A DNA stretch of 64,000 nucleotides from positions 89,590,001-89,654,000 of the forward strand of contig NC_043004.1 in NCBI RefSeq assembly GCF_006345805.1. Direction: 5' to 3'. This DNA comes from Octopus sinensis. Taxonomy: Eukaryota. The position numbers were made by a program, and so were the translations under genes. Below the pieces are notes generated by a model, which worked only from the letters and a program-made list of their open reading frames with translations, ran no database searches and was not told the DNA's origin. This document shows positions 48,979 to 62,136 of the stretch, in pieces. Each line of letters opens with the position of its first letter. Positions within the stretch are counted from its first letter, which is position 1.

Positions 48979-49316
48979 TATCATCATCATCATCATCGTT
49001 TAACGTCCGCTTTCCATGCTAGCATGGGTTGGACGGTTCAACTGGGGTCTGGCAAGCCCGAAGGCTGCACCAGGCCAGTCAGATCTGGCAGTGTTTCTAC
49101 AGCTGGATGCCCTTCCTAACGCCAACCACTCCGAGAGTGTAGTGGGTGATTTTATGTGCCACCGACACAGGTGCCAGACGAGGCTGGCAGACGGCCACGC
49201 TCGGATGGTGTTTTTTATGTGCCACCGACACAGGTGCCAGACGAGGCTGGCTGACGGCCACGCTCGGATGGTGTTTTCTTATGTGTCACCGACACAGGTT
49301 CCAGACGAGGCTGGCG
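48979..49316 (-). mobile_element. RTE-tailed family B element with ~63-bp tandem units
   Basis: Same motif set as 20946. Units at 49154, 49217 and 49281. Lies ~185 nt upstream of MPC1 exon 3. Confidence 0.9.
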
Positions 49317-49499
49317 ATTTTTTAGTTTATAAATATGATTATACATGTATAAAATGCTTTTATTAGACTCCTATTAATTATTTCATATTCAAGTAGTTGT
49401 CATTTTTGACTATCAGTTTCTCAAAAAGTTCTGAATTGTTTCTACCACTTAAAATCATTTTAATATCTATTCAGGAATTTTTTTTTTTTTCTTTTGTAG

Positions 49500-49515
49500 C
49501 ACTTTTGGGGACCAG
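49500..49515 (+). CDS. MPC1: MPC1 exon 3, 16-nt microexon
   Basis: Poly-T TTTTGTAG|CAC TTT TGG GGA CCA G|GTAAGT encodes the invariant MPC1 motif HFWGP plus the first base of Val. Confidence 0.92.
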
Positions 49516-49834
49516 GTAAGTTTATTATATTAATATTTAATATAGAAATGAATAACTCATGCAAGAAGGAATGACATTAAATAATAATTTTTTTACTCTA
49601 TGCATAAAGCCTGAAATTTTGTATTGAGGGCCCTAGTCAATTATATCAAGTTCAGTGAATGACTGGTACTTATTTTATCGCTCCCAAAAAGATGAAAAGC
49701 AAAAGTTGACCATAACAGAATTTGAACCCAGAATGCAAAGACGGACGAATTGCTGCTAAGCATTTTGTCCAATATGTTAATGATTCTGCCAGCTCACCAC
49801 CTTATGGCATTAAATGATAATAGTCCCACTCAAA

Positions 49835-50159
49835 AAGGTCCCAAAATAAGGGTTGTTTAAGGATGATGAATGAAACACCCTTGTTTCCAAGGTGAATCAT
49901 GCAAATGCCAAACGATTCCTCTCAATACCTAGCTGTGATGCTCTTCTCACTACTCCTGCTCATGATCAAACATGCATATATTGTCAGCCACTAAAGGACA
50001 TGCTGGTTAAGGTGAAGCAACTGACAAGCAAATCTGTGATATTGAACAAAATACATGCTTTAGTCCATCTTACACCAAGACAAAACATGTGCATGTTAGC
50101 ACTTCCAATCAGTTAAGACCTTGAGCCATGGGAGCCAATGCCTGATATTTCTTCAGAGC

Positions 50160-50208
<49 letters not shown>

Positions 50209-50210
50209 TT
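49835..50210 (+). mobile_element. Family E repeat, 3' part with (TTA)n tail
   Basis: Homologous to 52130-52500 (AAGGATG.TGAAT.AAACACCC.TGTTTCCA...ACACTTCCAATCAGTTAAG) and ends in a long (TTA)n run. Confidence 0.8.
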
Positions 50211-50329
50211 ATTCTCAGAGCACTCAGTCTTGTTTGCTCAGGTTGATTCTGTGAAAGCGGACAGCTGCCTGTTGTCAGAGGTCTCACAGGGTCTCTTTCC
50301 ACACAGCTATGATTAATTGGTTGTTCACT

Positions 50330-50686
50330 ATGTTGGGCCCCATGGAGGCAGTGTGGCTGACTTCCTTTTGAGTGTTAGGCCTCAAAGAGGCAATGAACAA
50401 AACCTTTGGCATTATGTCATGCTTGAAAAGGAGGCCTATAAAGCTGAGCAAAATCACTGTTGTGGCAGATACCAGTGTCATGCAAATGGCACCCATGCTG
50501 GTGGCATGTAAAAGTACCCATTATACTCTTGGAGTGGTTGGCATTAAGAAGGGCATCCAGCCATAGAGAATCATGCCAAATCAGACTGGAGTAAGATGCA
50601 GCCTTCCATGTCACCAGCCCTGGTCAAACCGTCGAACCCATGCCAGCATGGACAACAGATGTTAAATGATAATGATGATGATGATC
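50330..50686 (+). mobile_element. RTE-tailed family B element, diverged; a further partial copy at 51685-51843
   Basis: GGAGTGGTTGGCATTAAGAAGGGCATCCAGC...CCATGCCAGCATGGAC...GATGATGAT. Confidence 0.8.
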
Positions 50687-51104
50687 CCATGCCTTCCTGA
50701 GTCTACTTCTTCCACAATTAGAGATCGGCACTTCTTTATGCAGCTGTCTTCATCCATACTCAATCACATGACCATACCAACTTAGCTTTCTCTCTTGCAC
50801 ATTACATCTGATACCTCTTATACTTAAGAAACAACATTGAAAAAATAGTCGACAGCAGTATATCTCCATAAAGGAATTTCACCAAAGAAAGAAAAGAAAA
50901 TTTAGAAGTAAAATCAAATCAAAATTCAACACTCTAATACATCACATGTAAACTAAATTATGAAACCCATTGGACTTAATCACTGCATGATTTTTAAACC
51001 TGGCATTAACTATTATAGCTATGACAATGATTATTCTCTGATCCTCTTGCTAAGTAGATAAGATTAAATATACTCGTATCTTGATGGTAATATGTTTGAG
51101 TTAA

Positions 51105-51470
51105 GTTAATTTTTTGGCTCAAAAAGCAAAAAGCAAGGCCATGTAGGGGGACATGGAGTTATGTACAGGGAGGGTGTTCATGCAAAGAGTTCAGGCCATT
51201 TCTGGTCAAAAGAGACTTTGAACCGAGCGGTCATCGGCATCTTCACTATCTTGTCTGGCAGCTTATTCCACAGATCCGCAACCCGGACGGAGAAAGCCCC
51301 TCTCTTTCGATTGAGATGAAATCGTCGCAGATAGAGCTTTTCGGAGTGACCCCGCAGCCGACGCTCTGGAGCAGGAGTGAAGAACAGCTCTTTCGAGAGG
51401 TTACACTTTCCGCTTATGATGTTGTGAGCAAGAATGAGATCACCACGGTGTCGTCATTTTTCTAGAGAAT
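51105..51470 (-). mobile_element. CR1/L2 LINE 3' fragment
   Basis: Minus strand reads RHRGDLILAHNIISG...RRLRGHSEKLYLRRFHLNRKRGAFSVRVADLWNKLP. Confidence 0.85.
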
Positions 51471-51917
51471 AAGGAAAAGATGTTCCCTATTTACACACAT
51501 ACGTATTCTTATATATGCATACATATATGTGTGTGTATACACACATTTCAGATAAAGCAAGGTTGATTTACTAGCTGAAAGAGTGGAAACGTGAAACAGT
51601 TCTGGCAATTACGAGTCCTTTAATTATAATGTATTAAAGAATACTTAACATTTACATATTGAATTTCATAATTCATTGCAACCACTCTTGGAGTGGTTGG
51701 CATTAGGAAGTGCATCCAGCCATAGAAAACCATGCCAAATCAGACTGGAGCATGGCACAGCCTTCTAGTGTGCCAGCCCAGTCAAACTGTCCAATCCATG
51801 CCAGCATGGACAATGGATGTTAAATGAAGATGATGATGATGACATTCATCACCCAAGTACCAATGTCATAATCCTATCCTCCTCCTCCCATCCTCACCCC
51901 CTCCTCCTTAATTTTGA

Positions 51918-52453
51918 GTGAGAGAGCAGTGTATGCCATCAAAGTAACACTGGGGTAAATATACGAAACCCAGCAAACCCATCATGACTATCTGTCTGAT
52001 AAGGGTACACCAGGCTCATGCATTGCAATCATATATACACGACATGGTGATCTCATATCAAGATTAACAGTGCATGACTTTGCAGATAGGGCTCAGTTAA
52101 AATTTTCTACAGGTCGAGTAGTCCATCTCACTCATAAGGGTTGGTTAAGGATGTTGAATAAAACACCCATGTTTCCAAAGATGAGTTATCCAGACCCCAA
52201 AGAATTCCTTTCAACACATGGTTATGATGTTCCCCCCACTACTTCTGCTTGTGATCAGAGATGCACATATCGTCAGCCACTAAGGGACATGCTCAACTGG
52301 TTATGGTCAAACAACTGACAAGCAAATCTGTGGTATTGAGAAGATTTACTGTAGCCCATCTTTTATACCAAGACAACACAATGTACATGATAACACTTCC
52401 AATCAGTTAAGATGAGAAGCCATGAAAGCCACTGCCTGGTACTGCATCAGGGC

Positions 52454-52501
<48 letters not shown>

Positions 52502-53035
52502 GAGAGAGAGTGGTGCATGACATCAAAGCAACATGGGTACAAACATTTGGAGCCCAATATACCCATCATGGCCACCTATCTGATAAAGGTACACCAGGCA
52601 TATGCATCACGACCATATGTACACAAGATGGTGACCTCATATCAAGATGAACAGTACATGATCTTACAGATGGAACCAGTTAGAATTTTCTTAGGTCAAG
52701 TAGCCCATCCCACTCAAAAAGTCCATGAGGAAGGGTTGTTTAAGGATGATGAATGAAACACTCATGTTTCCAGAGGGGAATTATTCAAGTCCCAAAGAAT
52801 TCCTCCTAACATGTGGCTATGATGCTTCCCCACTACTCCTGCACATGATCAGAGACATGGTCAACTGGTTAAGGTTAAACAACTGACAAGCAAATCTGTA
52901 GTATTGAATAGAATATTTGCTGTAGCCCATCTTTTACACCAAGACAAAGCATGTACATGTTAACACTTCCTATCAATTAAGATCAGATGCCACGGGAGCC
53001 ACTGCCTGGTACTGCATCAGGGCATTATTATTATC
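51918..53035 (+). mobile_element. Head-to-tail dimer of a ~550-bp family E repeat, joined at a (TTA)n tail
   Basis: Copy 1 51918-52500 and copy 2 52501-53035. Both start GAGAGAG..GTG...CATCAAAG.AAC and end GGTACTGCATCAGGGCATT(TTA)n. Confidence 0.85.
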
Positions 53036-53589
53036 ATCATCATCATTGTTTGGTTGTGAACTGTCAAAACCATTAGCATGTCAGGCAAAATGCTTAGTGG
53101 CATTTCATCTGTCTTTGCGATCTGAGTTCAAATTCCACTTAGGTCTACTTTGCCTTTCATTCTTTTGGGGTCAATAAAATGATGTAATCAACTTATCCCT
53201 TCCTTCGAAATTGCTGGCCTTGTGCCAAAATTTGAAATCGTTGTTGTTAGAGGAGGAGGAAAGGAATGACACCTGTCCAAAATTTATGAGTTTTGTTTAA
53301 TTTTGTTGTTTCAAAGATTGTTATTTGTATTCTTGTACTATCAAATTTAATAAACCGACTTGCTTTCTCTACAGTGAGCTGGCTCTGTGAAATATTCATG
53401 AATTTAGGAACTTAAATTGGCAAAATTCAATATTTTAAAACAAAAAACACGGTTTCTCAAATCAAAGGAGATGATGGCTCTTGGAACAAAAGAACTGATT
53501 TTGGAAAATACTCTGCTATATGAGGAATTAAACATCTGTTCCTCCACAAATTCTTTTCACCCTCCTCCTCTGTTGCCATGCATAAAACC

Positions 53590-55100
53590 CTATTTAGAAT
53601 AAGCAATGGGAATACTGGGTTGTCTTGGAAACAGGACCACCTGTTCAGTGACCTCAGATGTGGTGGCCAAAGTGAAATACTCATTTTCAGTGAGTACAAG
53701 ATTGTTTATTTTCATGTCAATTAGGAATAGGGGTGGGGTGGAGAAACTGCAGTATTATTTCAGAAAGGTAGGTATCTCATGGTACAGAGCATTTTCGTGG
53801 ACCCAGAGGGTAAGTTGATGGTCCTGAATGGGAACAGTAGCGAAGGGGGTCACTTCCAACTAGTAGCTGTTTATGCTCTGACAGGGGCAAGATAGCTGGA
53901 TTTCTTTAGACATCTGGTTTTTTTCGGTGTGTCCCAATATTTAGTGCTAGTGGGCAACTGGAATGCCATCATCGATGTGCATTTGGATTGTACAGGGCTA
54001 GCTAATAGAAGAAGAGTGTAAGAGCCTTTTTCAGCCTCCTCTGACATTTCTGATTGTTTGACGGTACTGACTGAATTTCCCAAATCTACCTATGTGGACG
54101 TGGAAAAACCACATCGGGTCATCAAGGTCATATCTAGATGGAGTATTTTATACATTTGTAGTTAAAGATGGCATGGGTTGTTCACTATTTAAAATTTCCT
54201 ACCACACAGACCACAAATTTGTGATTTGTACAGTCAACCTAGATAGGCTCCTGAAGGCAGGGACCCAGTTACATGAAGTGGAATGTATAACTCCTGGTGC
54301 ACTAATCTTACAGAGACTGAATTAACGAATTAGTTAAGTGGGCATTGATGGGGGTCAATTGTCAACAACAAATGGTAGTTTGTACCAGAAAAGGTGATTA
54401 GAATAGAATCAACTGGGTTTAGTAAGGCAGTAATGAAAGAAGAAAACAGTAGAAAATAGAAACTTTGAAGAGGCACTTGGGACAGGCATAGCATCTAATG
54501 TACCTGCAGAAAGATTGGCCCTTAACCAATTGTTCATTGCTAAGCATAAAAAGTCTGTGTTGTTTTTCTCTAGGACTCAAGAGAATGAAAGCCACTCAGT
54601 GTGTCCAAGTGGTAGGAGCACAACATGACAACAAAGCCTTGATTTGGTCTTTGGTGACCAAAATAGATGCATGTTACTTGAGCTTGAGCAGATGCATGAG
54701 GTATATCAGCAGCTCCTCATACAACTGTTTGGGGCAATTGGGGAACTGGAACACTGGATGGACTTCAGTAACTACTTTGATGGTCTATTGCAACTCTTGG
54801 CAAGTGAAACAGTGTTGTGCAAAATTGAAAACGACCATGAAAATACAGGATTGGCTGCAGGGGGTGGGAGTGAGGAAAATTTCCTGGTTTGGATGGTCTA
54901 CCCTACATCATATAAATTTTTATTTATATGTCACATGCTTGGAGGTCTCTTGGCATATATTTACCACAAGTTGTAGAATGGAAGAATTCCTAGTTCTGTG
55001 AACCAAAAGCCATGGCACTACTAGGGATCAAATTGATAGTTTTAGGCTTATAATTTTGCTAAATGCAGATTTCAAAATTCTGACATAAGTGTTGAGGGAC
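53590..55100 (+). mobile_element. Decayed Tx1/L1-like LINE (endonuclease and part of the body)
   Basis: Fragments GKLMVL..., FQLVAVYA, GNWNAII and TWK...RSYLD resemble Tx1-type APE motifs. Many disruptions. Confidence 0.6.
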
Positions 55101-56631
55101 TGATTGGCAACACCAGGTACATGGACCTGATCAGCACTGCTCTAAGGGAGTATGAGGCAGTGACAAGAGCAAAAATCAACAAAAGAAAGTTAGGCCTGCA
55201 ACTCAGCGCCTTTAGAGATAGGTCCAGTCGGGTTTGGTCCAGATCTCCAAGTCTCCAGGTGAAGAACTAGAATTAGGTGAGATGTCAACCCACCCATTTC
55301 AGTGAAACTGAGATTCTGGAAGCACAATGTGTGTGTGTGTGTGTGCGCGCGTGCACGTATACACACACACACACATTTCCTCTAACCCTATTTCCTCCTC
55401 ATGTCACTCCCACTAACCATCATCTCTTAACCTTCAGTATTGTGTTGCTGTTATTAAATGTGAGCAGAACTGCATACTTAATCAGGTCACTACCAGAACA
55501 ATTTCACTTGATATCCAGCCTTTATTCTTATTACTCTCTTTCTATCCACATTTTACACTGATCATACTCCCGGGTCATGAAATAGTCTTTCCTTCTTCAC
55601 TACTATACATTTTTCACTCTGCTCATGTAATATGCCTGCTTCTCTACCCACTCACTTTGCAGCCTACTGAATATGTCATCTCTTTCTTTCACTCTTTCTC
55701 TCATCCTCTCCCTGACTTTAATAGTTATTATTATTCTCCTTTATGCATTATAAGTCATTTCTTACTCTCCCTTATCTCCCCCAAACTCATGTATCATAGG
55801 TCACTCCTCACTCCTTATCCACCAGTCTCTATGTCTACCCCTCAAGCCTACCTACTTTTTCTTATCATCTCTACTTATCATCCCTCAACACTGTTCTTCA
55901 TTCATTATATTCACCTCACACCCATTTCCCATCTCCAGTCATATCTCACTCTTGTTATATCTCACCTGAATTTCTTATGCACCTGTATTTCCTATCTCCC
56001 TCCCTACTGTAGCCCCATTTAGTCAAAGAGAATTTTAGTGTTGCAAACTTCATGGTGACATCATTATTACTAGTTCCACAAAAGCAGCACAATGAAAGAA
56101 ACCCGTGAAGTGGTTGGCATTGGGAAGAACATTCAACTGTAGAAACCATGTTAAGCAAACTTTGGGGCATGAATCACCCATAAAATGAAGTACATGAACT
56201 GCTTAGAAAGCTCACTAAATGTATTAAGATTGTTTCTGTTATTTAGATATTTTCTTAGATCATTTAAATAACAGAAACTATCTGCTAAGTGTGTTGAGGC
56301 ATTCAAAGATCTATTACTTTTTTTAAAAACAAAAAGAAACTTCTCTCACCATGTGAAAAGACAAACTGCATGAAGTATGCATAAAGATGGTGACATTGTA
56401 TAGATATTCACTACAAAAAAATTTTGAAGGCTGGAGTTGATTTAGTATTAGATATAAGTTTAATGTTCTTGAACATTTTCATTAGCTTCCAAAAAAAAAA
56501 CCTTTAACGTTGATGAAAGGAGTGTCCAAATGAAGAAAAACATATTTCTGTCATTGATGAATGACTGAGTGATGTAAAGTGTAGATCAGATGTTATAGTA
56601 CTGCAAGAATTGAATGGGAAAGATTAACTAA

Positions 56632-56820
56632 CTCTCTTTTACTTGTTTCAGTCATTTGACTGTGGCCATGCTGGAGCACCGCCTTTAATCGAGCAAATCG
56701 ACCCCGGGACTTATTCTTTGTAAGCCCAGTACTTATTCTATTGGTCTCTTTTGCCGAACCGCTAAGTGACGGGGATGTAAACACACCAGCATCGGTTGTC
56801 AAGCAATGCTAGGGGGACAA

Positions 56821-56851
<31 letters not shown>

Positions 56852-57017
56852 CATATATACGACAGGCTTCTTTCAGTTTCTGTCTACCAAATCCACTCAC
56901 AAGGCTTTGGTCGGCCAGGGGCTATAGCAGAAGACACTTGCCCAAGGTGCCACGCAGTGGGACTGAACCCGGAACCATGTGGTTGGTAAACAAGCTACTT
57001 ACCACACAGCCACTCCT
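56632..57017 (-). mobile_element. SINE family A, full length, inverted relative to 46642 and 62284
   Basis: Reverse complement of the family A sequence. Confidence 0.92.
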
Positions 57018-58344
57018 AAGTGAACAATGTTTATATTTGTTTTTATTTAGAACAGAAAAATTCTAGATTACTGTCTGCAGAATTAATATTAATCAAGTTT
57101 GTTCATGAAATATTCTTGAACAATTTTGCTAGAATCTGATAAGACTTTATCTCTTAAAACAAATGTCCAAATGAAAAAAAGACATTCTCTCACTTACATT
57201 GAAGACAGCCTCAATTCTCAGCTAACTGGGAATTGAGACTGTTATTTTCTGACTACCATTACAAGTCCCTCCTCTCTCATAATGGAAACAGTTTTATGCT
57301 CATTTCCCTTACATCCTCTTAGTAACTAAGAACTCTCTAAATCTACTCTCTCCATCATGGAGTGATGTAACTACCAAGCTGTATTCAAGGCAATCCATCT
57401 AGGAAGTTGAGTACTCTGAACAGAGGAGACAAGTAGTAGTGAAGGTCATCCATCTAGGACAGCAGTAACTCTGAATAAAAACTAATACTGTGAAGAAGGT
57501 TTGTGTAACAAGCATTCAAAAATAGTTAGTAGCAAGAGCACTCATTAACTGAATTTTTTAAACTGTCCAGAAAGATCACTGAATACTATCGAGAGCTTCT
57601 AATACCTAGGTGACCTTATTAGGCTGCAATGGGAGTTGTAGGGTTGAAAATTTCAGGTGACTATTCTGAAGGAAATAAAGGGTTTCTTTCTCTAAGTGCA
57701 GGGCAGATTGTATGATGCCTACGTGTAGAAACATAGGCACTCAATGAGAAAAATGTGTGCTTGCTGGAAAAGAAAAATGAAGCAAGTATGCTCTGGTGGA
57801 TGTATAACATTTACATGCAAGAATGATGGTTCACAGATGAGCTACAATAAAAAAAAAAATTGGTTGTAGATGAAACGACATACTAGTTCGATGACTGTGC
57901 TATACAGATATATAGTATGTCTGAAGTTGAGTAAAGATGTGCTAAACAATCCAAGTGAAGGTAACCTCCAGGCTACTCTTGATCAATGATGAAAGGGTTT
58001 CCAGATACGATCATCCCATCTCTTTTGTAAGTTCAGGATTCTGTTATCCACTGTGTCCCGTTTTTTAAGACAGGAGGGTGTAATTTGGGGAATATTTGGA
58101 AGCTAATTTTAGCAGGTCAAACAACCACATAGAAACTTCTTTATTGGCACTATGATGTTGGATAATTGGATTCTACGAATAGATGATGACAAATGACTAT
58201 ATAACAAATAGCAAGATACTGTACTGGGGAAGCTTGTTCATCCCATGCCAACATGGAAAAACTAACACAAAATGATTATGATGTTCATTGCTAATTTTAT
58301 GCTATATCATAACATTGTTATTATATCTTACTTTATTGTTCCAG

Positions 58345-58425
58345 TTGCCAACTGGGGCCTTCCACTGGCTGCTATAGCAGACGTTAAAAAAGATCCAGGT
58401 TTCATCAGTGGGAAGATGACAACTG
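58345..58425 (+). CDS. MPC1: MPC1 exon 4 (81 nt); the remaining exons lie beyond the window
   Basis: TTCCAG|TT GCC AAC TGG GGC...ATG ACA ACT G|GTAAG = (V)[26 protein letters not shown] vs human [27 protein letters not shown]. I found no LC.YS..FMRFA exon in 58426-64000. Confidence 0.95.
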
Positions 58426-60128
58426 GTAAGGACATATTTTTAAAAAATAATGTTTGACATTAATAATTTGTCTTTATCAAAGTAATATCTTATTTCTTTT
58501 CTAATGAAATATTTTAATAAAATACTTATTTCTAGAAACTTACAAATTCTCTAGTTATTTAATTATGGTAGCATTTCAAAGGAATGTTTTCTAGTGATGT
58601 TTTATCTTTTTATCATTTTGAGAAGAGTAAGCTGTAACATGTTGCACACATCATTAAGAAATAGTAAGATTGTTTTTATTCAAATATCAAGTATCATTGT
58701 TTTTGTTCTGTGTGTTTGCCTGATTTGCTTCAGGGTCTGGACAAATATCGCAAACACTGTAGAAACTAAAGAGTTTCCTTTTTTTAACCAATAATTATCA
58801 AGCAAAAGAAATAGTCTTACTTTTAGATTTTTTTCATGTCTTATAAATTATCTGCATTTTGATTATGTAACCCAATTTTATTCAGCATGTTATTCACCTA
58901 TTGATTATACAAACAAAATGAAATGCAGTAGAATTATATTCACATGCATAGATATACTGTTACAATTTATTTCATTTGGTGGCCGTAGTTCTTTACAAAG
59001 CTCAAGTGTATTCAGTATTTCTGCATATATCTGCAGCACGCTTAAGTATTCTCAACAAAAAAACTCACCTGGTTAATTGGCTACAAACCCATTCACCATA
59101 ACTACACTTGTTATCTTGTAGGCATTATTTCTTCTTGTTGCTTCTTGAAGCTGTATAAGAACTTTGTTATAACTCTTGCTAAGATCATTTTACTTTAATT
59201 GTCCTTGTCATTGTTGAACTGAATTTATTAATTTTTGTTATCAATCTAAAAAATTCTAGATATAAGTTTGGTTATTGTAATTTCAACTGGTGGTGTTGGC
59301 ATTTACAGTTAAGTTTTGCAGTTGAAATATAAAAAAAATGTGAAACATATACTAATAAAAGATGGTGTAAATTACATTTGTTAATCCCAAATTTTATCAT
59401 GAATTAGTGAATTCTTCTTTATGCTAAATCTCAGTATAGCTGAATTAGTCAGCTGCTAAATGTGGTAGTTATGTTTCTTGACTTTCATTAAGTTCTCACT
59501 ACATTTGCCATATCATATTACTTTATAAATAAGCTTACAAAGTTCTGCATTTCTAAATCAATTTGTTCTGTTGAGTTTTTCATCTTAACCAGTATCTTTA
59601 TAGAAATATGGTGATACTTTCAAAATGTCTGTTTCTGTAAATCATTCACTTGCAACATCTTTGTTGAAGATACTTATTTATCAGCTTGCCTTAGAGATTT
59701 GTAGGAAGCATTTGGAACTTAAAAGATTTAACTAAGGATAAATAAACTAAGATTTAATAATTCTAAAACTATAGGAAACTTCAGTGCTCAGTTCAGTCAC
59801 TCACTAGTGGTTTGATCAATACATAGTTAATATAGGTTTAATGTATGGGATGTCTGTGGAGTGTTGAGGGGTAGTTAATTGGGTTGAGTTTACTCAGTTT
59901 GATTGTATATTAAACATGTACAAATTCAGCTTATCAGCTTTGGTTTTTCATTATGTGCATGCAAAACAGTGAGAATTTAAGCAATAACATATCTATTGTA
60001 ATGTGAATATATGAATCATTTTATGCTTCATCCTTGGTGAACTATTTTACCATGAACTGCTAACAGGTTTTTATTTTATAGCAATGTGTCAGTCCACTTT
60101 CAGTCACTTGGGGGTGATCAGAATCCTT

Positions 60129-62130
60129 CCACAACATCTGCCCTTTTAAGAATTAGTTTCCCCTCACGTCTCCCCTTTTGAGAATTAAACTCCACTCAGT
60201 TTTAATATCTCTTTTGCTTAGGGTTCAATTCCAGTGTTTCTGTTCTTTTCCATTTTCTGGTGTTAGAACATGTTGTTTCAAATTGTTTGGGTGTTGGTAC
60301 CTCAAACATGTCATGAAATACTTCCATAGGGATTTCCTTTCTTGTGACTTTTTCTGTGAATCTTTTTTTAAGTTGGTTAATATGTCTTTTTTCCTTTTAC
60401 CAGGAATAACACTCTTCCAGTTTGTTTAATAATTACACCATCCTCCCAGTTTTCTCTATCATATCTATAGGTTTTAAAAAATACTTTGTCATTTAACTTA
60501 AAAAATTTTGAAGTATATTTGTTGTTCACCTTTTTCCTATTTTCTCTCAGTATTAGCTTATCAAAGATGGATCTGACCTTTCTAGCAAACATCAATTCTT
60601 CAGGCAACATTCCAGATGGAGTATTCAGATTAGGTGTTACTTGGTACACTCTTAGAAATTGTTTGAAGTACAAGGTAGTCCATTACTTTGTTGTTGACCT
60701 TTTTTAAGGCCCTCTTGGAAATGTCAACCAAATGCTCCCCTTGTCCATTTGTTAATCCCAGGATGATACAGAGTGGTCACATGTTCAATAATGAACATTT
60801 TACAAAATTTTCTGAGCTCATCTGAAGTAAATTAAGTTCCATTATTGAACACAATGGTGTCAGGAATACCATATCTAGTGAACAATTTGTGTACAAAACT
60901 TAATGTAACTGCAGATGTTGGCTTTTTACACTTATGCACTTCAGGCCACTTTGAAAAACTGTCCACCACAACAAGGTAACATGAACCCTTGAGTGGACCT
61001 GCATAATCAGCATGTAGTCTGGACCATGGAATATCTGTTTTTGGCCACGGCTGCCATTTAGTGGTAGGTGCTTTTGCAGCTAGGGTACAACCTCTGTATT
61101 CTTTCACTAGTTCTTCAGTGTCACGGTCCAATATTGGCCAATATACATAACTTCTCATTAACAATTTCATTCTCGAAATCCCTGGATGACCAATGTGAAA
61201 TTCCTTTAGTAATCACTTCTGTAGTGTGGCTGGCACTACGACTCTTTGTGCGTACATCAACATATTGTCACACATTAAGAATGAATTCGAATTTGTGTTG
61301 TGTTCAGAAAAACACATATTTTTATCTCTTTTAGCCCTCAGCATTTCTTTCATTTTTTAAAGGCAAGATTAACACCTCAGATTTCAGATAGCAAAATCTC
61401 AGAAAAATAGCAAAGGATAAGCCTCTGGGTATTATTAGACGGTACAGAACTGCAAGTATTTCACTAATATGTGGATATTATCCTTGTGTAGTTGGGCATT
61501 GTTGGAAAATCAACCATTTCCAGCAATTTTGGGTTTTTTTCAAAATCACATTTCTGACTATGAGGAGCAACCTTTAGGTCACAATATCTCTGAGAATAAT
61601 TGATGTAACGGGCTGAAATTTTGCATGTGTATTACTTGCCTAGATACTGTTCTAGTGTGATTAGATAAACTTCATTTGTTCATCTTCCAGAAACACTTGA
61701 ATGCTACTATCCAAGAGTCAAAAACGCTTGAACTGCTGCTTATGGCTATGAGCAACCCCACAACGGAATCTAGGCCAACTTCAATGTCTTTGATTCAACA
61801 TCTAGTCTGTACCCCAATCTGTTGGCATTCCAAGTTAGAGCATAAAAATGTTGCAATATAGTAACTCATCAGTAATAGATAAGAAAAATACATCAAGTGT
61901 TGACAGTGGTTGAAAAATCAAGTAACAAATTATTTTTTTGCAATTTTCATTTTTCGTTACAACAACTTCGGCTCTCCTTAGAGAATTATTTGGTTCTATG
62001 AAAACTTCTTTGATCAAATAAGTAGTTTACCTCTTTTCTGATGAAAGTTTACTTGTCCATAGAATGCCTTTGTGCTAGTATAGCAATAGGTTTGGCATTT
62101 GTATCAAATTAATGAATAATTTGGATAGTT
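60129..62130 (-). mobile_element. Gypsy (Mag/K02A2.6-like) LTR retrotransposon relic: integrase plus short RT remnant
   Basis: MRSYVYWP...C..AAKAP...WP....WSRLHADYAGP....YLVVVDSFSKWPEV...GIPDTIV (60832-61170). Purine tract then TG on the minus strand at ~60136-60150. RT-like EVVVTKNENCK remnant at 61835-62017. Confidence 0.85.
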
Positions 62131-62136
62131 ATATAA

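Noticed and set aside
55380-56000. CT-rich block (and GA-rich blocks at 27340-27900 and 42180-42520) yielding hydrophobic ORFs
   Set aside because: Low-complexity degenerate microsatellite sequence. The ORFs are compositional artefacts.
58272-58457. 61-aa ORF as a stand-alone short protein
   Set aside because: Only 58345-58425 is MPC1 coding. The rest is intronic read-through across the acceptor and donor.
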